Source of the DNA: Chiloscyllium plagiosum
Taxonomy: Eukaryota
Reading direction: 5' to 3'
Length of the DNA stretch: 64,000 bases
Assembly: GCF_004010195.1 (NCBI RefSeq)
Contig: NC_057756.1
Location: 1,094,265-1,158,264 of the forward strand
Shown here one piece after another: positions 25,690-38,510 of the stretch (the first letter of the stretch is position 1; each line of letters opens with the position of its first letter). A program made the translations under genes and the position numbers. The notes under the pieces were generated by a model. It was not told where the DNA came from. It worked only from the letters and a program-made list of their open reading frames with translations, and made no database searches.

Positions 25690-27060
25690 TACAAAACAGA
25701 TATTGTTGGAAATTCTCAGCAGGCCTGGTAGCATCTGTGGAGAGAAATCAGAGCTAACGTTGAGGTTAGTAACACTTCTTCAAAACTGATAGTAGCTCGG
25801 AAAAACATCGACTTTCTATAGAAGATGTGGTGGAGGAGGTGGGGAGACTAAACAATAGGTGGATATAGAGCCCAAAGAGCCTAGTTAGACAGTCAAGTAA
25901 GTGGTTACAGGTCAGTCTGGGGAGGAATGAATTACTGCTAATGGGGACTACCCAGTTGACAATGGATACTGTGTGGTAGCAGCACATGGGATGACAAGGC
26001 CTGGTGTATGTGGAAAGCATGGGGAAAGGTGCTCAAGTACTAAAATTGTTAACTCGATCTTAAGCCCTGAAGGCTGCAGGACTCCCAAGCAGAAAATAAC
26101 ATGTTGTTCTTCCAGCTTGTGCTGAGCATCACTGCAGTATTTCTTCAAGCCTAAGACAGAAATATAGGCCAGAGAACACGGTGGTATGTCGAAGCTCAGG
26201 GTCTTTTTCCGATAGGTGTTCTGTGAAGCAGCCAATTAGTCTGTGCTTTGTAACTCCACCCCCCCACATGTAGAGGAGGCCACATTGTGAGCAGTGAAGA
26301 CAGTAGATTGGATTGAGTTAAGTGCAGGTAACATGCTGCTATACCTAAAAGTCCATTTGGTGTCTTGCGTAGTGAGAAGGAAGGAGGAAAATGATGTTAC
26401 ATCTTCTGCAATCTCAGGGGAAGGTGCCATGAGGCTGTGGGATGTGTTAGAATTGAAAGATGAGTGGACCAGAATTTCCTGCAGGGAAGAGTCCTTGCTG
26501 AAAGATGACAGGGGAGGGGAATATGTGTCTGGTGGTGGCATGGTGTTGAAGGTGGCAAAAATGGTGGCTAATAATCTTCTGGATGTGGATATTGTTGGAA
26601 TTATAGGTGAGTACAAGGGGGACCTATCTCTGTTGGGGAAGGGAAGAGACAGGTGAGGGCTGAATTGCATGATATGGTTTGGCTGAGGACCCGATCAACT
26701 ATGGTGCTGGGGAAATCCTTGGTTGAGGAAGAAGGAGGCTCCTTTATCGAAGTTGATATCATTAGACCTGAGATAGAGGAACTGGGAGAATGGAATAGTG
26801 TCTTTACTGAAAGCACTGTGTGAGCATGTATAGTCAAGGTAAGTGTGGCACTCAATGGGTTTGTAGTGCATACTAGTGGCCAAGCTATCCCCAGAAATGG
26901 AAAGATAGATAGCAACAAAGGGAGGAGTCAGAGATGGACCAGATTAAAATGACAGTATGCTGGAAACTGGAAGCAAAATTTTCACTTCTCAATGAGAGAC
27001 GGTTGCAGCACCGATGATGTAATTGACATACTGGAGAAAGAGTTGTAGGTGGGTGCCAGA
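25690..27060 (-). mobile_element. Penelope-like element (RT C-terminus, GIY-YIG, terminal repeat), decayed
   Basis: HYKPIECHTYLDYTCSHSAFSKDTIPFSQFL; CSQCGLLY; KLEEQHVIFCLGVLQPSGL. Decayed hammerhead at ~25750-25788. Confidence 0.8.
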
Positions 27061-27716
27061 GTAAGATCCACAGTTCTTTCAGTTTCATTCTTCTGACTTT
27101 ATTTCTGTTGACAACTCACCAATTGTTCCACCATTAAACTACATAAGCTGTCATTTCATTCATTCCTGATCTGTGATTATTGCATTTACTTTCTTCATTA
27201 CACTTTTTTCAACTCTATATTCTGATTGTGCTTTGGCGAAGGCATCCCGGAAAGTGTATTGTCGAGATGAATGAATACTTTCCATCATTGAAAAAAAAAC
27301 TTTCAGCAAGATTCTGTAAACTGCTATAATAAAGCAAAGAAGTATAGATGCTGGAGATCTGAAAAGCACAAAAAGAAAAAATTGCTGGAGAAACTCAGCA
27401 GATCTAGCAGTATCTGTGGAGAGAAAAACAGTTAATGTTTCTAGTTTAGTGATCTCTCTTCATAACCTGTTGTAAACTGATACCTTGTCTCCAGATTTAA
27501 TTGCTCGATGGGAGCCATTCTTTCTGTCACAGTGAATGTGGTAACACTTGTGATTCTGTCCTGAGGAAGATGTGGGGTCTTCAGATGTAACACTGATTAT
27601 CCATTGGAAATAGTACCGACTGATCTTCTTATCTTGGTTGCTGAGGTGATTTTAGAATGGAGTTGAAGTGATCTGTCACAGGATGGTGGGAATGTTTGGT
27701 GCGTGTCCCCCATTGG

Positions 27717-28012
27717 TGTTCCCTTCCTTTCCCACCTCATCCCAGCTCCAACCCTCCAACTTGGTACCGCCCTCTTGACCTGTCCAAATTCCTTCCCACC
27801 TCTAAACTCCACCCTCCCCTCCGACCTATCGCCATCACCCCCCAACCCCCGGCGCATCGATCTATCACCTTCCTAGCTATCTTCTCCCATTTATCTCTCA
27901 GCCCCCTCCCCCTCCACAATTCCTGATGAAGGGCTTATGCCCAAAACATCGATTCTCCTAGTCCTTGGATGCTGCCTGACCTGCTGTGCTTTTCCAGCAC
28001 CACACTTTTCAG
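27717..28012 (+). mobile_element. Penelope-like terminal fragment with CpG-decayed hammerhead
   Basis: CTGATGAAGGGCTTATGCCCAAAACATC at 27923-27950 (CGAAACG decayed to CAAAACA). Confidence 0.8.
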
Positions 28013-29159
28013 TTCTTAGTCTGGTCCAATCAGGGAGCCCTCACTGACAGGTATAAACATGAGTCTCAGGAGTTCTGTTCACTCCCTGAGCCATCTGAGT
28101 GTCATGTACTATGCAGGTATAAATAAAGGGTTACTTGGTGATAGAATGCCCACTTTTGTGGAGTTACTTCACACTCTGAATAGGAAAAAGCGAGGAAATG
28201 AGAATGCAATCAAGTACAGCATTTTAATAAAGGTTGAACCGATTACATTGGAGGGAGGGAAGGAAAGGATGGGAGAGGGAAGGAAAGGATTGGAGAAGGA
28301 AGGAAAGGATGGGAGAAGGAAGGAAAGCTTTGCTACTGTATCTGTTTTAACCAGCTCGACAGACAGCACATTCCTAGCACCTACTGCTCTATGTAAAGAA
28401 CTATCTGCACATACCTCCTTTAAACTTACCCGTCCACCCTTAAACCTATGCCCCCAGTATTTGACATGTTTACCCTTGGGAAAATGGCTTCAAAAAATCC
28501 ACCCTCGTCATACCTCTCATAATTTTACATACCTTTATCAAATTATTGCTCAGCCTCCTATACTCTATTGAAAACAATCCAAGCTTGCCCAGCCTCTCCT
28601 TATAGTTAATAAACTGTGCTACTGTAGACTTCAGAACTTTAATAACTGTTCATTGATTGAATGAATCAATGAAGATAAACGGTTATACTCGAAAGTAGCA
28701 GCAATAACTCTTTCTGGAATAAACTATCAAAGAATTTAGACAAACTTTCAGGAATTGAAAGCAATGAGCTAAGTCTGGCAAATGCATGAACAAAGCTGCT
28801 TTGATACCTGCTTGATAAGCTGGATGCTTGGTTGCCACAAAGGACAAGGATTGCCATGCAACAGAATTCAAGGATTTATCTGCAAGAATGTTGTGACTTC
28901 AAATAGACAGGCTGAATTTAACAATGAAAAAAAAAGCTACTGTTGATGAGGAAGCATGCTGCAGATTCAGGTATTCCAGAAGACTAATCAACATTTTCGA
29001 TGAAAGAATCTAAACAATCATCAATAATGACCTGATGGACAAAAAAATCCTACATGAGAATCAAGCTGCCAACATGACTTGACAACTTTTATACTCAATA
29101 AAATGACTGATGAAGGCGAGCATGATTTATCTCTTCTTTATCACCATATCCACTTGCGT

Positions 29160-32100
29160 TACCACTTGCAGGGAGCTGAGTCTAGCTCTGTGGCTCAGAA
29201 GGGAAGGACGGAAGCAATAGGAGAGTGATAATGATAGGAGATTTAATGGTTAGAGGAACAGACAGGAGATTCTGTGGTCATGAATGAGACACCAGAATGA
29301 TATGTTGCTTCCTGGGTGCAAGGGTCAGGGGCGTCTAAGATTGAGTCTACAGAATTCTTAAGGGAAAGGGAGACAGCCAGAAGACGTGGTACACATTGGC
29401 ACCAATTACATAGCTAGGAAAAGGAATGAGGACTTGAAAAGAGAATATCGGGAGTTAGGTTGGAAGCTAGCAAGCATGATGAAAAGAGTAGGAATCTCAG
29501 GATGGGCTAATGAGGTTAGGAACAGAGAGCAAGTGCAGATGAACATGTGACTGCAGTGTTGGTATAGGAGAGACAGGGCTTCAGATTTGTGGATTGTTGG
29601 GATACCTTCTGGGGAAAGTGGCACATGTACAAGGAGGGCGGGTGGCACTTGAGCTGGAGAGGCACTAATATCCTGTACGGGAGGTTTGCTAGAGCTCTGA
29701 GTGAGGGTTTAAACTAGATTGGCGGGGGGGGGAGGGAACAGGAGCTATGGATCAGATGATAGAGTAGGTAATGAACAGACAAATACGGCGTGCAGAGTGG
29801 CTGCAAGGAGCGGTAGATAGCAAAGGTGCAGTCACGGGTTGACATGTGTCTATTTTAACGCAAGAATTATCAGGAATAAAGGTGATGAACTTACAGCATG
29901 GATCAGTACTTGGAACTATGATGTTGTGGCCATTATGGAGACTTGGATATCACACGGGCATGAATGGTTATTGGATTTTCCGGGGTTTGGAGGTTTCAAA
30001 AGGAAGAGGGAGGGAGGAAAAATAGGTGGGAGAGTAGCATTGCTAATCGGGGTAGTACTACAGCTACAGAAAGGGAGGTCGGTGAGGAGGGTATGTTTAC
30101 AGAGAAAATATTGCTGGAAGTCAGAAACAGGAAAGGAAAATTAACTTTATTGGGATGTTTCTACAGATTCCTAATAGTAACAGAGATATGGAGGAGCAGA
30201 TTGAGAAGCAGATTTTGGGAAGTTGCAGAAGTAACAGGATTGTTGTCATGGCTGACTTTGACTTCTTTAATATTGATTAGAATATTCTCAGTTCAAAAAG
30301 TTTGGATGGAGCAGTTTATGTCAGGTGTGACCAGAAAGGGTTCATGACTCAATATGTAGATAGGCCGACTGGAGGGGAGGCCATATTTGATTTGGTGCTT
30401 GGCAGCGAACCATGCCTGCTGTCCGATCTCTCAGTGATCACAACTCCCTAACCTTTACTACAGTCATGGAGAGGGATTGGGAGCAGACGATATGGGAAAG
30501 TACTTAAGTGGGGGAGGGGGAATTACAATGCTATTAGGCAGGAACTGGGGTGCCTAAATTGGGGAACAGGTGTTCACATTTCTATCGTGCATTTCCCTGA
30601 GGAGGTTGTTTAGTGAGCCCTTGCTGATAGTTGGTTTGTTCCACTGAGGCAAGGAAGGGATAGTCAGGTGAAAGAACCTTGGGTGGCAAGGGACGTGGAA
30701 CATCTAGTCAAGAGGAAGAAGAAAGCCTCAAAGTTGAGGAGGCAAGGATCAGACAGGGTTCTAGAGGATTACAAGGTAGGCAGGAAGGAACTGAAGAATG
30801 GTCTTAGGAGAGCTAGAAGGGGTCATGAAGAAGCTTTAGCAGGTAAGATTAAGGAGAAACCTAAGGCATTCTAGACATATGTGAGGAACAAGAGGATGGG
30901 GAGAGTGAGGGTATTGCCAATCAGGTATAGCTGAAGGAACTTGTGCCTGGAGTCAGAGAAGGTAGACAAGTCCTTAATGAATACTTTGCTTCAGTATTCA
31001 CTACTGAGATGGACCTTGACCTTTGTGAGGACAGTGTGAAACAGGTTGATATTAAGGAGAAGGAACAGCTGAAAAACATAAGGATAGATAAGTCCACTGG
31101 GACAGATGCGATACACCCAAGGCTACTACAGGATGTTGCCGCGCCTTTGGCGATGATCTTTGCCTTCTCACTGTCCACTGGAATAGTATCTGATGATTGG
31201 AAGGTGTCAATTGTTATTCCCTTGTTCAAAAAGGGGTATAGAGATAATCCTGGGAACTACAGGCCAATCTGTCTTATGTCTGTGGTGTGCAAATTATTGG
31301 AGAGGACTTTGAGAGACAGGATTTATGATCACTTGGAAATTACAGTTTGATTATCGATAATCAGCATGGCTCTGCAAGGAGAAGGTCATGCCTTACAAAC
31401 CTTTTGAATTCTTTAAGGATGTGACAAAACACATTGATGAAGGTAGAGCAGTAGATGTAGTGTATGTGACTTTTAGCAAGACATTTGATAAGATTCCCCA
31501 CAGTACTCTCATTCAGAAGGTAAGGAGGCATGGGATAGAGGGAAACCTGGCTGTCTGGATACAAAATTGGCTGGCCCATAAAGACAGAGGTTGGCAGTAG
31601 ATGGAAAATATTCATCCTGAAGCTTGGTCACCAGTGGTGTTCCTCAGGGATTGGTTCTGAGACCTCTGCTCTTTGTGACTTTTTATAAATGACTTGGATG
31701 AGGAAGTGGAAGGTTGGATTATTAAGTTTGCAAATGACACAAAGGTTGGTGGAGTGGCGGGTAGTGTGGAAAGCTGCTGTAGGTTGCAACGGGACATTGA
31801 CAGGATGTAGAACTGGGCTGATAAGTGGCAAATGGAGGTCAACCTGGAAAAATGTGAAGTGATTCATTTTGGAAGGTTGAATTTGAATGCAGAATACAGG
31901 GTTCTTGGCAGTATGGGGGAATAGAGTTGGAGTCCATGTGCATAGATCCCTCAAAGTTGCCACCCAGATTGATAGAATTGTTAAGAAGGTGTGTTGGCTT
32001 TCATTAGCAGGGGGAGTGAGTTAAAAGAGCCATAAGGTAATGCTTAGCCCTACAGAGCCCTGGGTATTCAACACTTGGTATATTGTGATCAGTTTTGGTC

Positions 32101-32600
32101 ACCTCATTGTAGGAAAGATGTGGAAGCTTTTGAAAGTCTGGAGAGGAGATTTACAAGGATGCTGCCTGGACTGGACAGCATGTGTTATGAAGTAAGGTTG
32201 AGGGAGATAGGGCTTTTCACATTAGAGTGAAGAAGGATGAGAAGTGACTTGATAGAGGAGTACAAGATGATGAGAGGCATAGATAAAGTGGACAGCCAAA
32301 GACTTTTCCCCAGCGCAGAAATGGTTATCATGAGGGTGCATAATTTAAAGGTGATTGGGGGAAGGTTTAGGGGAGATGTCAGAGGTAGGTTCTTTACGTA
32401 GAGAGTGATGGGTGTGTGGAATGCACTGCCAAAGGTGGCAGTAGAGTCAGAGACATTAAGAATGTTTCAGCAACTCTTGGATAGGCACATAGATATTAGC
32501 ACATATGAATGGTATGTAGGTTAGCTTGATCTTAGAGAAGGATAAAAGTAGGCACAACTTTGAGGGCTGAAGGGCCTTTATTCTGCTGTACTGTTATATA
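29160..32600 (+). mobile_element. Near full-length decayed CR1 LINE (ORF1 esterase-like, ORF2 APE + RT, 3' tail)
   Basis: IGDLMVRGTDRRFCG (ORF1); CVYFNARIIRNK...DVVAIMETW (APE); PGNYRPICL, FSKTFDKIPH, GVPQG, KFANDTK (RT). Confidence 0.9.
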
Positions 32601-33380
32601 GACTTGGACTCCAAGATCCCTATGTATATCAGTGCTACTGAGGGCCCTACCATTTGCTATATACTTTCCTCCTGCATTTGACCTTCCAAAATATATCATC
32701 TCATACTCTTCCAGGTTACAATCATTGCCATTCCTCTATTCAACTTTCCAACTGATCTGTATCCTGCTGTATATTTTGATAACTTTCCTGACCATCCAGA
32801 ACTCCATGAACTTTTGCGTCATCTATAAACCTACTAATCATTTCATCCAAGTCATTTATCTTTATTCCAACCACAGAGCCCCAGCGTTGAATATTGTGAA
32901 ACACCAGTGATAAACACCCCTCTATACCTAACCTCTGTGACCAAGCCTATTTTGTATTCAATTTAGCAATTCGTAATGGATTCCATTCAATCTTCTGGGC
33001 AAGCCTGTCATGACGGACCTTGTCAAACGCTTTCGTAAAATCCATGTAGTCAACATCAACTGCCTTACTTACATCAATCATCTTCGTCATATCTTTCAAA
33101 GCACAATCCCATTTGTGAGACAAGATCTTGCCACAAAAAGCCATGATCATGATTACTAATAAGTCCATTCTTCTTCTAATGTGAGTAAACCTTGAGCCTA
33201 TGAATCTTTTCAAATATAGTCCCTACCACTGGTGTATGGTTCACCACCCTATAATTTCCTGGATTGTCCGTTACTTTTCTTGAACAAGGGAATGGCATTG
33301 GATATCCTCGAGTCTTCAACATGGGTGTGGCTAATAAGGATACAAAGATCTCTCACAAGATCTCACCAATCCCTTCCCTC
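32600..33380 (-). mobile_element. CR1 RT fragments
   Basis: AVDVDYMDFTKAFDKVRH. Confidence 0.75.
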
Positions 33381-33865
33381 ATTCAGTACCCAGCTCCTCT
33401 CTTGACACACCCCACATTATCAATGTACTCCTTTCTAAGCTTACTATCATCTAATGTACTTCTTGGTGAATACCACACAAACATAGATAGATACATAAAT
33501 AGAAAGACAGACAGAAAGACAGGTAGATGTATTGAGGAAATATTATCTGGATAGGTAGAGAGGAGAATAATGATAGCACACAAAGGGGTATCAGAAATGA
33601 CTGAGCCAAGTTCAAAATCATATTAACTGTCCTCAGGAATAACTTCTGTTTGTTATCTCTTTCATTGTAGCCTCAATAACTCAAGTTGAGTTATTTCTTT
33701 TAAATACATGCCTGAAATTAAAATACAACAAACTTTTGTGAAACCAAGTAAACTCTCAAGCCTTCCTTAGTTTCAGAACTAAGGCTAACGGGAGTAAGTC
33801 AGGAACAGATAGAAAGCAGCCCTGTCAAACAGAATGCCAGATGTACAAATGGTCTGACTGAAATG

Positions 33866-34325
33866 TGTTATGGACCAGGCCAGACTCAAACATTTCAAGA
33901 AGGTAGCCAAGACCCTAACTTTGCTAGTTGTTTTAAGCAGGTGTAAAGTATATATCCTAGGAGAGAATCAGCTGATCAAACCACTTAGTTTAAAACAAAA
34001 CAGAATTTATTTACAGGATTACTGAATGAAACACAAACAACAGAAAAAAAACCCATAAACTTAACCTATCCGAAAACACAATTCATCCCAACTTAATGAT
34101 GTTGTTCCAAATATTCACAACAATCCACATAAACACCCCTTGGCACAAAAGATAAAGTCAAACATAGGTTCTTACAGGATAGAAGTTAGTGAGAGATGAC
34201 CAGCCTGGAGCTGCCTCTTTGGGTCCAGCAGCTTTTTCCACATTACTGTTAAAAACCAAACCAAACTAAACCAAGCCAGCGTAAAGCCAAGCTGGCAGAA
34301 CTGGCCACTCCCCTTTCATCTGTAT
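33866..34325 (-). repeat. Solo LTR of the Gmr1-like family
   Basis: Begins TGTTATGGACCAGGCCAGAC, like the LTRs at 4387, 5635 and 18751. Confidence 0.65.
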
Positions 34326-35575
34326 GCTGTAAATCTCTGACTGTAAGGTAAAAAGGAAATAAAAGGGAAAGTAGGTAATTTTATAGAAATAATCAGATTA
34401 AATAATGAACCCCAAAATGAAATGGAAACAAATGCATGAAAATTTCAAAAGCAATACAAGAGCTGATACAGTGAAAGAGACCAATCTAAATAGACACTGT
34501 GAAAGAAGAACCAAGGTGGGCAATATAAAACAAATGAAATATATGGTAAGAAACAATATAAAATAATGATGGAATTCATAAGATAGATAGAAGATAGATA
34601 AAAGAAAAGAGAATGGAAGGAATATCTTGAAGAAATACATAGGAACAGAGAAACATAGCATTTGGAACATTGATTGCTCCTAAAATACTTCTGCCCATCC
34701 ACCTCTAACTTCCTCCAGACCATATAATCTTCCCTATCTCTTTAACCACCTCCAGCCACAAAACAATCACCCCACCCACTATCTCTGTAACCTCTCCCAA
34801 CTTCTATAATCATCTCTACCTTTGTAACTTGTTCCAGAAATGACAACCTCCATATATATGTAGCCACTTTCTGTCTCTGCAAAGCTCTCTACTGCTTTTA
34901 GATCGTCTGGCCATTACAACTTTTTCTAGGAATTTTATCACCTGCAACCTCCTCCAGCCTCTACAGACTTCCATATCTCTACAAACTCATCCAGCCCCTA
35001 AAACATTCACTATTTCAGTTACTTTCTTCAACCCTTGCAAATTCTGTCATTGAGTAACTGTCTGCCACTGTCATACCATACCTATTTCAGAGGCATACAA
35101 CCGTCCTTAGTATTGCACTATTCACCAGTCATTATCTACATCTTTAACTAATCATACTGCTAGAAAGATAGGAGTAAGCAGCAGCAGCCCTGTCCACTCT
35201 GTCATTGGAGAATATCAGGCTGATATGATAATAATCATAGCTCTATAGACTCAACTGCTTGCCAAATTGCTTACTTGATGAATATCTCTCTCTCTCTCTC
35301 ACACACACACTCAGCCTTGAGTAATTCCATTGACCAAACATCAATTGTTTCCTGAGAAAGAAAACTCCACAGTCTAACAATTATTTTCACCTACATCTTA
35401 AAGCATACAAAGCCCGAGTGACGGTACACTAAAAGAGAGATGAGAGGCAAAGAGGGGAGTAATCAAAGAACAGCAAAGAGTAATTGTCATGGAGAGGCAT
35501 GCTGGTCATTAGAATTGACAAATTTAATAGAAACAAATAGAAGAAAAGGTTTGTAGATTTTGATGACGTCATTGT

Positions 35576-36278
35576 GTTGTTACAACACAGGGTTAATTCC
35601 TTCTGCTAATTTAAACCAGACACAGAAAAGCTCACCTCACTTCGTAATCTGTTAAACTATTAGTAACAATGGACCACCCAAGTTTGACTATTTAAAGAAA
35701 ATAATAACGTTATTCTTTAACTCCAAAAGAGACCATTAAACAACAACTATCTCCATCTTAAGTCCCCTTTGTCTGAATGATTTATTTTCCTCCTACACTA
35801 CAATAATATATTGATCCAATACAAACCCCAATTATGTTTACAAAACAAAAAGTTTCAAAACCAGCCATCTATCGATCTTCCTCTCTAGATTTTCTGGTGT
35901 CACTTCTTTGGTCTTCTGCTGCATGGGTCTTTCATAGATAAAGGTACCTTTCAGAGAGCGGGTCTGTGGGCAGTCTGTACTGGTGCTCTTTGTCTCTCCC
36001 TCGCTAACTATTCAAATGTCTGATTTTTATTCCCCAAACATCAGATTGTTTCATTGGTTTGATATCATCAAAACAGTAAAATTCAAACTAGATTGGGCTT
36101 TAGTATCTTGGGACATAATTTAAACTGATTGGCTAAATTCAAATTGTTGTGGGACATAGCAACTTAGCTCAGCTATTTGTTTCACAGCCAACTGTAACAT
36201 TTTTAATTTTTTCAGCACACTCTGTGCTTGCTAGGTCCTTGCCAACTTTCACTTTCTCTTAAGTGTACAGCATTCATA
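35576..36278. repeat. Probable solo LTR of a second Gypsy-like family
   Basis: TGTT start and LTR-like length and composition. No coding remnants. Boundaries uncertain. Confidence 0.35.
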
Positions 36279-36921
36279 ATTGTGTTTTGCAAATTTCATA
36301 AACTGCACTGTTTTAATCAGAACGCTTAGCAGAATTAGAAATGCAAGATTAATGCAGGGTGTTAATACAGAGGTCTAGTTTATAAGTGTGCCACATGCAT
36401 TCCTCATTTTTTTTTTCCAGGGAGAGAAACAGAAAAAAAAGACAGAGGCAGCATTTGAAAGATGTTGAATCAAAGATATTTGAGAAAACCAAGAGAAAAT
36501 GAAACAAAGGTTATCAGAAAATGCAATGGGTGTTTAATCAGGTTTCAAGCTATTTTTCACTTTTAACAATGGCAGAGTTGAAAGCTAATTGAGTTATAGT
36601 ATTGAAACAGACTCTTCGGTTCAACACCTCCTATACTGACCGAGATTCCCAAACTAAACTAGTCACACTTGCCTGCATTTGTCCCATATCCCTCACCTTT
36701 CCTGTTCATTTAACTGTCCAAATGCCTTTAAAATATTGCAACTATAACTGCATCTACCACTTCCTCTGACAGTTCATTCTATATACGAACTTTGCGACAA
36801 TGTTGTCCCTCAGATCAGCGCTTCGAAAGCTAGTAATTCTAAACAGACCTGATAAACTCTCACCTGGTGTTGTGTGATTTTTAACCAGCAACTCTGCTTC
36901 CATTTCCCTGATTCCATTCTT

Positions 36922-36978
36922 GCCCCGCCCTCTCAGCGAGCTGACGCCATCACGCCTCCGTCCCGTTTCCCTAGTAAC
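36922..36978 (+). promoter_or_regulatory. CpG-rich tectonic promoter: GC box (36922-36930) and RFX X-box (36965-36978)
   Basis: GCCCCGCCC and GTTTCCCTAGTAAC lie within ~80 nt upstream of an ACCATGG start, in a CpG-rich island. Confidence 0.75.
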
Positions 36979-37002
36979 TGCGCGAGGCCCCAGGAGCTGA
37001 CC

Positions 37003-37609
37003 ATGGAGGCGCGACTGGGGACCTTAGGCCCTCGGGCGCTGTGCTGGGCCCTGGTCGTGGGGATGCTAATGTGGACGAGTTCGCCGTTGACGGGGGAAGG
37101 TCTGGGCCCTGGTTCTGCAGCCGGAGTCGGACTGGTGGGGCCGGTTGACGTGACTTCTCCGCTCCCAGGTCCCCGGAGCGGGAGTAGCGGCAACCCTGAC
37201 CCTGTGAGGGTCGGAGGGGAGAGTGTGACCCCTGACCTTGTGAGGGTCGGAGGGGAGAGTGTGACCCCTGACCTTGTGAGGGTCGGACGGGACAGTGTGA
37301 TCCCTGACCCTGCGAGGGTCGGAGGGGACAATGTGACCCCTGACCCTGTGATTATCCCAGGGGAGAGTGTGACCCCTGATCCTGAGAGTGTGACCCCTGA
37401 CCCTATAAGTGCTGGAGGGGACAGTGTGACCCCTGACCCTGCAGTGGCTGGAGGAGGCAGTGTGACCCCTGACCCCACAGTGACCAGAGGAGGTAGTGTG
37501 ACCCCTGACCGCCCAGGCTCACAAGGGGCGAGTGTGACCCCTGAACCCAACCTGTGGTCCAGTCATTCCGTGAACCCGGGTGACGAATCATCTAAATGTC
37601 TGACAACAG
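37003..37609 (+). CDS. TCTN3: Tectonic-3, coding exon 1 (signal peptide plus Pro/Thr/Gly repeat region)
   Basis: ACCATGG Kozak; hydrophobic ALCWALVVGMLMWTSS; CAG|GTAAGG donor, phase 1, in frame with exon 2. Confidence 0.85.
37189..37584 (+). repeat. Coding 36-bp minisatellite (~11 units, VTPDPxxxGGxS)
   Basis: GTGACCCCTGACC recurs at a 36-nt period, with one 21-nt unit. Frame is preserved. Confidence 0.95.
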
Positions 37610-37840
37610 GTAAGGCAGCAGCAAGCCATCCAGCCTTTTGCTCCTGTTACTCTCTCTGCTCCGGTACCTTTTTATCATCGTTTGATTCCCTTTTGACTAT
37701 ACACCTGACTCATTCAGACTGAGTATTCCAGATATTTGTAACTTGCTGTTTGAAATCATTTGACTTACCTATATTGTCGCATCTCCAGTAGTTATCTGAT
37801 CTTCTTTCAATTTACAGATTGATTTTGGTATGTGAAGAAG

Positions 37841-38027
37841 GTAGGAGTTCAGATATTCTGATCTGAGGATTATCATTGTTAGAAACGTAAATCGCTTCTC
37901 AATAATCGCTCTAGACAAATTCAGGAAAACAAAGTTTTATTAACAAGTCAAGTCTACAGAGTCGGGCACCCTTAAAGAAAAGGCGCGCTGTAGGAATTCA
38001 GATATTCTGATCTGAGGATTATCATTG
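37841..38027. repeat. 38-bp direct repeats (37841-37878 / 37990-38027) around a 111-bp LTR-end-like insert
   Basis: GTAGGA(G/A)TTCAGATATTCTGATCTGAGGATTATCATTG occurs twice. The insert on the minus strand has AATAAA and ends ...TTTCTAACA. Confidence 0.8.
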
Positions 38028-38329
38028 GGCAGAAACTGAAGTGGACTATTAACATCAGAGGCTAAGAACCCCATAGAGAGTATCTCACCTCATGTGTCCC
38101 CAAGCCAGTAGACAAAACAAGCACAAGCAAGTGGGGAATGTGATGCAGTACACCCCACTTGCCAGGATTAGTGCTATTTTAACAATCCTCAAGAAGCTTG
38201 ACACCATTCAGAATACTGCAACCTGCTTGATTAGCACCACATCCACAGACATTAATTATCTCAACCAAATGCTCAGTCGCATTAGTCTGTATCATATGTG
38301 AGTTGCATTGCAGAACTTTGTCAAAACTC

Positions 38330-38409
38330 GTGATTTGGAGATGCCAGAGTTGGATTGGGGTGTACAAATTTAAAGATCACCCAACACTATAACCAGTTGT
38401 GTGATCTCT
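38330..38409. mobile_element. 80-bp PLE terminal mini-insertion
   Basis: Exact 16-bp flanking repeat AACTTTGTCAAAACTC (38314-38329, 38410-38425). The insert matches the PLE end seen at 61001 and 7930. Confidence 0.7.
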
Positions 38410-38510
38410 AACTTTGTCAAAACTCCTTAGACAGCACCTTCCAAAGCAACAACCATTTCCACCTAGGCGGACGGAGGCACTGCTTACAAGTTTCTTCCAA
38501 TTCACTCATT

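Noticed and set aside
28059..28571. 170-aa ORF
   Set aside because: Spans a purine-rich simple repeat and an antisense CR1 3' end. No recognisable domain.
36933..37550. 205-aa minus-strand ORF with SGVTLSPP repeats
   Set aside because: Antisense shadow of the GC-rich TCTN3 exon 1 repeat. No independent signals.
37189..37584. CRISPR-like periodicity of 36-bp repeats
   Set aside because: No unique spacers, no cas genes, vertebrate context. It is a coding minisatellite.
36874..37722. 282-aa single-exon ORF
   Set aside because: Starts at a GTG inside a PLE remnant and runs through the splice donor at 37610. The supported start is ACCATGG at 37003.
37818..37840. Exon-like TTTACAG...AAG|GTAGGA segment
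   Set aside because: A phase-1 join to exon 1 gives GAT TGA, an immediate stop. The true exon 2 is at 40829.
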